The notes under the pieces are model-generated. The model made no database searches. It worked only from the letters and a program-made list of their open reading frames with translations, and was not told the DNA's origin. A DNA stretch of 64,000 nucleotides, taken from NCBI RefSeq assembly GCF_031769215.1, contig NW_026782376.1:372001-436000 (forward strand). The letters are read 5' to 3'. Position numbers and translations under genes: made by a program. The stretch is from Ylistrum balloti. Its lineage: Eukaryota. This document shows positions 61,081 through 64,000 of this stretch, one piece after another (the stretch's first letter is position 1; every line of letters starts with the position of its first letter).

Positions 61081-63807
61081 AGCTTCGGATGAAAATTATC
61101 GCAACATATGTTAGCAAAAATCGATAATAGTATCAACAACAAAAATGATTAATAACAAATGGATTATATATATAAAGATATGTTGTTTTGTATTTGTTTG
61201 TTTGCTTGTTTTTTGGTTTGTTTTTGTTTTTTTGTTTGGTTGGGGGAGGGGGTTCATCCTGATGAGTAATTTATAACAGCGGCTATCATTGCCAGCTATA
61301 GCAATTGAAATTCATTAAACAGTTTTCCAAACATTTTCTTTCCTATAATTAAGATATCTTCATACCATTTCTGCTCCACCATTCAGTTATACATGTTTAT
61401 TTGTCGTTTTGAATTTCAATCATACATTTGGTCAGATTCTCAAGAATATCTATTCTGTGTTGAGTGATTTTTTGTGTGTATGAGAAGGTTGGGGGTGGGG
61501 TAGTTTTGCTGATTTCATTGATACTACTGTGTTAATTTCATTGGTACTAATGATCTATAAATTCATATTTGACCTTTTTGATATTAACGATATTTCAAGT
61601 GTTATTGTTTTAGAAACAAGCTCACTTATCCCACATAAATTTATCATGTTACAGTATGTCACTTCAGACATATGTAGTCATATATATACATTTCGTAAAT
61701 AGTTTGCAGTAGTAACTGTTGGATTTATGGTGTATATCTATATCTGTTAAGCTTTCAGTTGTTGTTTCATATTCAACTTGCGCTGTACTTTTTATATAGA
61801 AATATCAATTCGTAACATCTTCATTAATATCAACCAATTTAATTATATTTACAGCGCACGAGCTGTTGCCAATTGTGATGAGATTGAAACATAAAAACGC
61901 CACGTGAGCACTTATTTACGCAGAATTCTGATGGCAGACGTCGTTGTTTATCGAATATGGCTGTATCATACACGAAGTTGATAAAGAAACCAAATAGTAA
62001 ATGTTCAAGGTGGAAGAAGAAAGCAGTAAAACGTAACAATCACACAATTTTTTTTCTTTTTTTTACATCTGTTTTCGATGTTTACCTCAGCACAGATTGG
62101 ATATTATTCACCAAGTATTTTCTACGTTTATAATAGGAGATTTTTAATGAAACTCGTAATGCAAGAAAAGTATTGTTCTTTTTTGTAATTTGTCGTTGTT
62201 TTTCAACTTGTTACCATCCTGTACATACATTATACATTTCCTAATCTGTTGTTGGATACATTTTGAGCATTGATGTATAAATGTAGTGACGTTGTAAGTT
62301 TACAGGGTATGTGGATTTGTAGAGAAAGTAGTGAACAATATTGTCTCGTTTTATTAGGGAGAGATACTGCTGCAGTAATGTAAAAACTATAATAGAACAT
62401 AAAGACAAATCTATAAATGAATATAAAGATATCGATGTATTGTCCGAGACCATTAGACAAATCTTAACATCAATGCGTCTTGGTGACTCAGATGAAGTGG
62501 ATGAGATTCAGTAGTTACCGGAACCAAAGCCGAATACGGAACATAGAGTCAGTTTGGATAGTTTCTATTTATATCTTTTCTATGTTCATTCTTTCATCAA
62601 CTTCGATATCATGCAAGATAACATTGACACATTTTGAGCAGAAACACAATACGTTCACAGATTTCCTTTGGAACATCATAGTGACAAACAGGAAGTTCAA
62701 TCGTGTTAAATGCACCAATAAGTAATTGTGTTTATTATGCAATGAGATTGGATCATGCTACGTAGCTCAACACCTTTTCATGGCTCTGTGTGATAAGTAA
62801 TACATTAAGCCTTCAATCTATCACATTAAACACTAAGCCTTTGGCATTTCCATTCCTGAAATGCAAGACCATCAGAGAAAAAGACATTTATTTACGAGCG
62901 TGTGCATTTCGATAACACTGACTTCAAAAAGATAACACCTCGTCTTCTTTCTACCTCTTTGTTGCTTCATGCATTATTTTTACTCCTGTTTCTCGTTGAA
63001 TACTAGTCATATAAAAAGAGAAGGAATCTAGTATTTGATTGATATGTGTAACGGCATATCATCGCCTACGAAAATTGCAAGCGCCATATTTCAATAGGTT
63101 ACACTTTGATCATGAAAATTAAATTGCAAAATGATTTACAAATGTTTGTGCACCATTAGTTTATCATTTGATTTAGGCGCATTCTACGATCGTGATCAAT
63201 ATTCATTTAGCTGAAACTTCTATGCAGTACATTATCTTGTTTATTACTCAATACAATTCACAAAACATTCCAATTATTTCTTAAAGTACTTTGTAAATTA
63301 TAAAAAAAACCTTAAATTTTCAAAAGAAAGGTATTTTTTCATCAAAAAGAGCACATTCTATCGCATTGTGCTAGCCAGTGTAAGCATTAGCAAAGCATAT
63401 TTTTTATCTCTGCTTTCTAATTGAAATCTCACGTTTATTCGATCATTGTTATTGTTTTGTCAAATATGAGCTGAACTGCCTCTATAATGCTGATATGCTT
63501 GTCAATGCACTAATGAACAGCGGAATTACTTCACTTATTCAATTTAATCTTAAATATGATAAACGTAGGAAGTTTCTATGTATATAGATCTCCTCAATTG
63601 TAATGAACATTAATGCAGGTTGTCAATTAAATCCAAATCTTTAATTCATACTGACTTTTTCAAAAACGTTTGATTAAGTCAGTAATGACCTCCAGCTTCT
63701 CATGTGGTTTTCAAGCCGTAGGAATCTTAAATTGCAGAGAGTTTAAGTGGATGGGATGTCCTCTACTTGGTTTGACGTCAAGCAGATGTCCGACAAAGTC
63801 TCAACAA

Positions 63808-64000
63808 TTTTTAGGTCATCTGACCCGAATGATCTAGATGATCTATAACCATCGTGCTTCGTCCATTGTCGTGCGTCGTTTGTAATCTTTTACTTTGATA
63901 CACTACACCTCATTCAAACCTTGGTGGATTTCATCCAATTCAGTCTGATGCATTATTTGTGTGAGGGTTATTTTTTGTTAAATTCTGAATTTTGATTCGG
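63808..64000 (+). mobile_element. 5' end of a HINE-like (Helentron-associated) element running off the window
   Basis: tttttaggtcatctgacccgaatgatctagatgatctataaccatcgtgcttcgtccattgtcgtgcgtcg: T-rich start, stem-loop with inverted aggtcatct/agatgatct, then a (CGT)-rich stretch; resembles the 3589 element. Confidence 0.65.

Overview
AT-rich (roughly one-third GC by eye) eukaryotic DNA, most likely from a bivalve mollusc judged from the repeat families (inference). There is no intact long ORF, no RNA gene and no CRISPR array. The window is largely a transposon graveyard. The best-supported features are: a decayed Maverick/Polinton module (major capsid gene followed by adenain-like protease, minus strand, about 5.1-6.5 kb), a 5'-truncated CR1 LINE (14.4-15.6 kb), a 340-bp mariner deletion derivative with both TIRs and TA target sites (51.9-52.2 kb), Tc1 DD34E relics (47.5 and 55 kb), a pogo-like right end, several Helentron-associated (HINE-like) elements and a small MITE. 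Three tandem arrays stand out: a 53-bp array with an E-box in every unit, a 34/39-bp minisatellite with higher-order structure, and a 25-bp minisatellite with internal dyad symmetry. A few isolated exon candidates, including a GC box followed by an 'ATG GCA GAA G|gtaaga' first exon, may belong to host genes, but no gene model can be established from sequence alone. All protein-family calls come from manual translation and remembered consensus motifs, not database searches.
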